A stretch of 63,900 bases of DNA, filler included, from Bigelowiella natans CCMP2755 (Eukaryota > Protista > Cercozoa): NCBI GenBank assembly GCA_000320545.1. It is 7 parts of 7 records of this genome, joined end to end, with 100 filler letters (N's around TTAATTAATTAA, not from the genome) between each part and the next. Parts side by side here need not be neighbours in the genome. Positions count along the whole stretch, not along the records: positions 60,724 to 63,900 come from ADNK01001456.1; 6 more parts are not named here. One strand, 5' to 3'. Under the pieces are notes generated by a model that searched no databases, was not told the origin of the DNA, and worked only from the letters and a program-made list of their open reading frames with translations. The translations under genes and the position numbers were made by a program. Shown piece after piece: positions 61,630 through 63,900 of the stretch (its first letter is position 1; the number at the start of each line of letters is the position of its first letter).

Positions 61630-62777
61630 ACTAAGAGAACCGACACGATCCCTGCCCCCGTACCACCGCCATCATCATTATCACCACCACGCTCAGCGAA
61701 AACAACACGTACCGAGGGCGTAGGAAGATGATAGACTAATGCCTTGGTGTTTGCCTCTTTCCCTTCTCGCACCTTTGATCGCTCTCCGATGACAGCATTG
61801 GGCTGGCTGCAATGATGATGCTGACTGCGAGAGGCGTAGCAGCAGGGGACATGACGGCGGGAGACCTGGTAGCCATTACCCTGCCGCATTGTACTTGGAT
61901 GGTGGTGGTGGTGGTGGTGGTGGTGGTGGTGGTAGTGGTGACGAATGGCGACGAGAGAGAACAACACCAAGGAAGCACACGCACGCACGCGCGCAGCAGC
62001 AACAACAACGAGCCGCAGCTACAACAACAGCGAGAGTGCAGAACGAAAAAAGGGAAAAATCATCACATCGATAGCATCCTTTCCACCCCGAAACGAATGC
62101 GTCCGTGCGTGCGTGAAACAGGTGCTCGTAAACAGCCTCTTATACCAGCTCTCCGTCCCCCTCAATATGTTTGGCACGGTGTATAGAGAGGTCCATTCCT
62201 CCCCCCCGGAACCCCCCCCCCCCCCCCATTATGAAGATGATAGTGATGATGATGATGATGACGCCGACTTAAAATGCTCAGAGATATGTCATCCTACCCC
62301 CCCCCCCCCCCCTCTCATTTTCTTCACCCGGAAAGCAAAGGAGATTTTTGGGTTTTTCCCTGCGTTTTTTTGAACGCATGAGAACGCTTTCTCCCTCCCC
62401 CCCCCCATTCGTATTATGCTGCTTATATCGTCCATGGTAAATGCAGACCGCACAGTCGCTGCTCGATATGGAGGCGATGTTCGGTCTGCTGAAGCAGCAG
62501 CCGAAAATAACGGTAAATGGGGGTGGGGGGTTAGTAGGGAGAAAGGGTGTGTGTGTTATATGTGTCTCGGTTGATATCACTACTACTACTAGCAAACGCC
62601 TCATCTACCACTGATTGGAAGCTAAAATACTGATGCGTCGTTCGTAATATTACTACGGGGCTTATAATATTACTGCGGGGCTCTTCGCTCTTCAGGATGG
62701 GGCAGCCGCCCGAGAAGTGGACGGCCGACAGGACATCGTGTTTGATGACGTCAGTTTCGGGTAACTACTCGAAAAGA

Positions 62778-62823
<46 letters not shown>

Positions 62824-62858
62824 GAGAGATGGAATCTTGGAGAAAGAGAGACAGAGAA

Positions 62859-62893
<35 letters not shown>

Positions 62894-63151
62894 AATGAGA
62901 GATGGAATCTTGGGATGCGGTGAGCAGCTTTGCAGAGTGTCAATAGCAGTGGCAATAGTAGTCGTATAGCAGCAGTAGTAGCAATAGCAGTCGGAGGGTA
63001 GGGCGCTGTTTGCTGTACTGTGGTAATTGCACTGATGTTGTTGTTGTTGAAATACAACGCGAAGATACGTCGATGGACGGCGTATTTTAAACGGACTGAG
63101 CTTCACAGTCAAGCAGGGACAGAAGGTGCCGCTTGTTGCATTGATGATTAT

Positions 63152-63189
<38 letters not shown>

Positions 63190-63244
63190 TATATGTTATC
63201 GTAAACGTCAGATACATTACATATAATAGATCTGTATTAATATG

Positions 63245-63282
<38 letters not shown>

Positions 63283-63297
63283 ATTTAACCATATTGA

Positions 63298-63340
<43 letters not shown>

Positions 63341-63400
63341 TATGATTTGTCAGGTTGCGCTCGTAGGGCCGAGCGGTTCCGGAAAGTCTACCATCCTCCG
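60998..63400 (+). CDS. ABC transporter B family, ATM1/ABCB7-like half transporter (internal fragment)
   Basis: Exons: VKYFNKEKTEVNRYDDALA-GTNWSGVMQQTTLGMLNAGQGVIL-SIGLAAMMMLTARGVAAGDMTAGDL-VLVNSLLYQLSVPLNMFGTVYRE-TAQSLLDMEAMFGLLKQQPKIT-DGAAAREVDGRQDIVFDDVSFG-YVDGRRILNGLSFTVKQGQK-VALVGPSGSGKSTILR (Walker A). Confidence 0.92.
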
Positions 63401-63565
63401 GTAAAAACAAAGAGCCAAATATGACGACGAAGGCGACAAGCCGAACCACAATCATTCATGAATTAACCAACCAATCAACGACGAGAGGACCTATTCTCTC
63501 CTAGGATTGGGATTTGCCCTGCACCGTGTACTGAGAAGGAGAAAAGGCCTTGAGCGTGCACGCGC

Positions 63566-63596
<31 letters not shown>

Positions 63597-63900
63597 GGGG
63601 GGTTTTTTTGGGTTAAAAAAAAAAAATTTTAGAAATTTTTTTTTTTTTTAAAAAAACCCCCTTTCTTCTACAAATGTGTTTATTGGGTTTTGGGGTGTTT
63701 TTTGGGTCTCCAACCCCCAAAAAGGCGAAAATAGGGGCCCGAGAAGGGGGGGCTCACACGGCCCCCGCCTCTGCGGGGGAGAAAAAACCTTTGTCCTCTA
63801 CGCTTCTCTTTACACTAATTGTTTCGTATGTGATGGGGGAGGCCCCTGAGTTGGCCTTTGTCATACCCGCGGAAAAAAAAAAGAAATAAGGGGGAGAAAA

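Noticed and set aside
62645-62912. Short intronic tandem duplications (taatattact.cggggct x2; gaaatgagagatggaatcttgg x2)
   Set aside because: Only two copies each, explained by local slippage; no array or element structure.
63560-63900. Homopolymer-rich tail (also 60724-60930 and 31295-31520)
   Set aside because: Lies at contig or window edges next to long G/C runs and looks like low-quality read sequence.

Overview
Intron-dense eukaryotic nuclear DNA made of seven unrelated contigs joined by six artificial 100-bp spacers (N44-TTAATTAATTAA-N44). Almost every intron carries a microsatellite, so most entries in the ORF track are spurious; the gene models below were spliced by hand and their exon limits are approximate. 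Recognisable genes: the 3' end of a WDR89-like WD40 gene, a multi-pass membrane protein, a complete WRN-like RecQ helicase (no exonuclease domain, duplicated C-terminal HTH), BTAF1/Mot1 (3'-truncated), a plastid-type RecA with a bipartite signal + transit presequence (pointing to an alga with a secondary green plastid, probably a chlorarachniophyte; inference), a SAM-domain protein, a DHX57/DHX29-like helicase N-terminus, an LRR protein with a frameshift, a RanBP2-zinc-finger protein and an ATM1/ABCB7-type ABC transporter fragment. The most unusual signal is three microsatellite-free intergenic islands rich in CTAG/CATG. One contains an intronless, decayed Tudor/MBT-like ORF whose stops all fit C>T changes at CGA or CAG, which suggests targeted CG and CHG-type methylation/deamination. 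No prokaryotic-style system, CRISPR array, rRNA or tRNA was seen.
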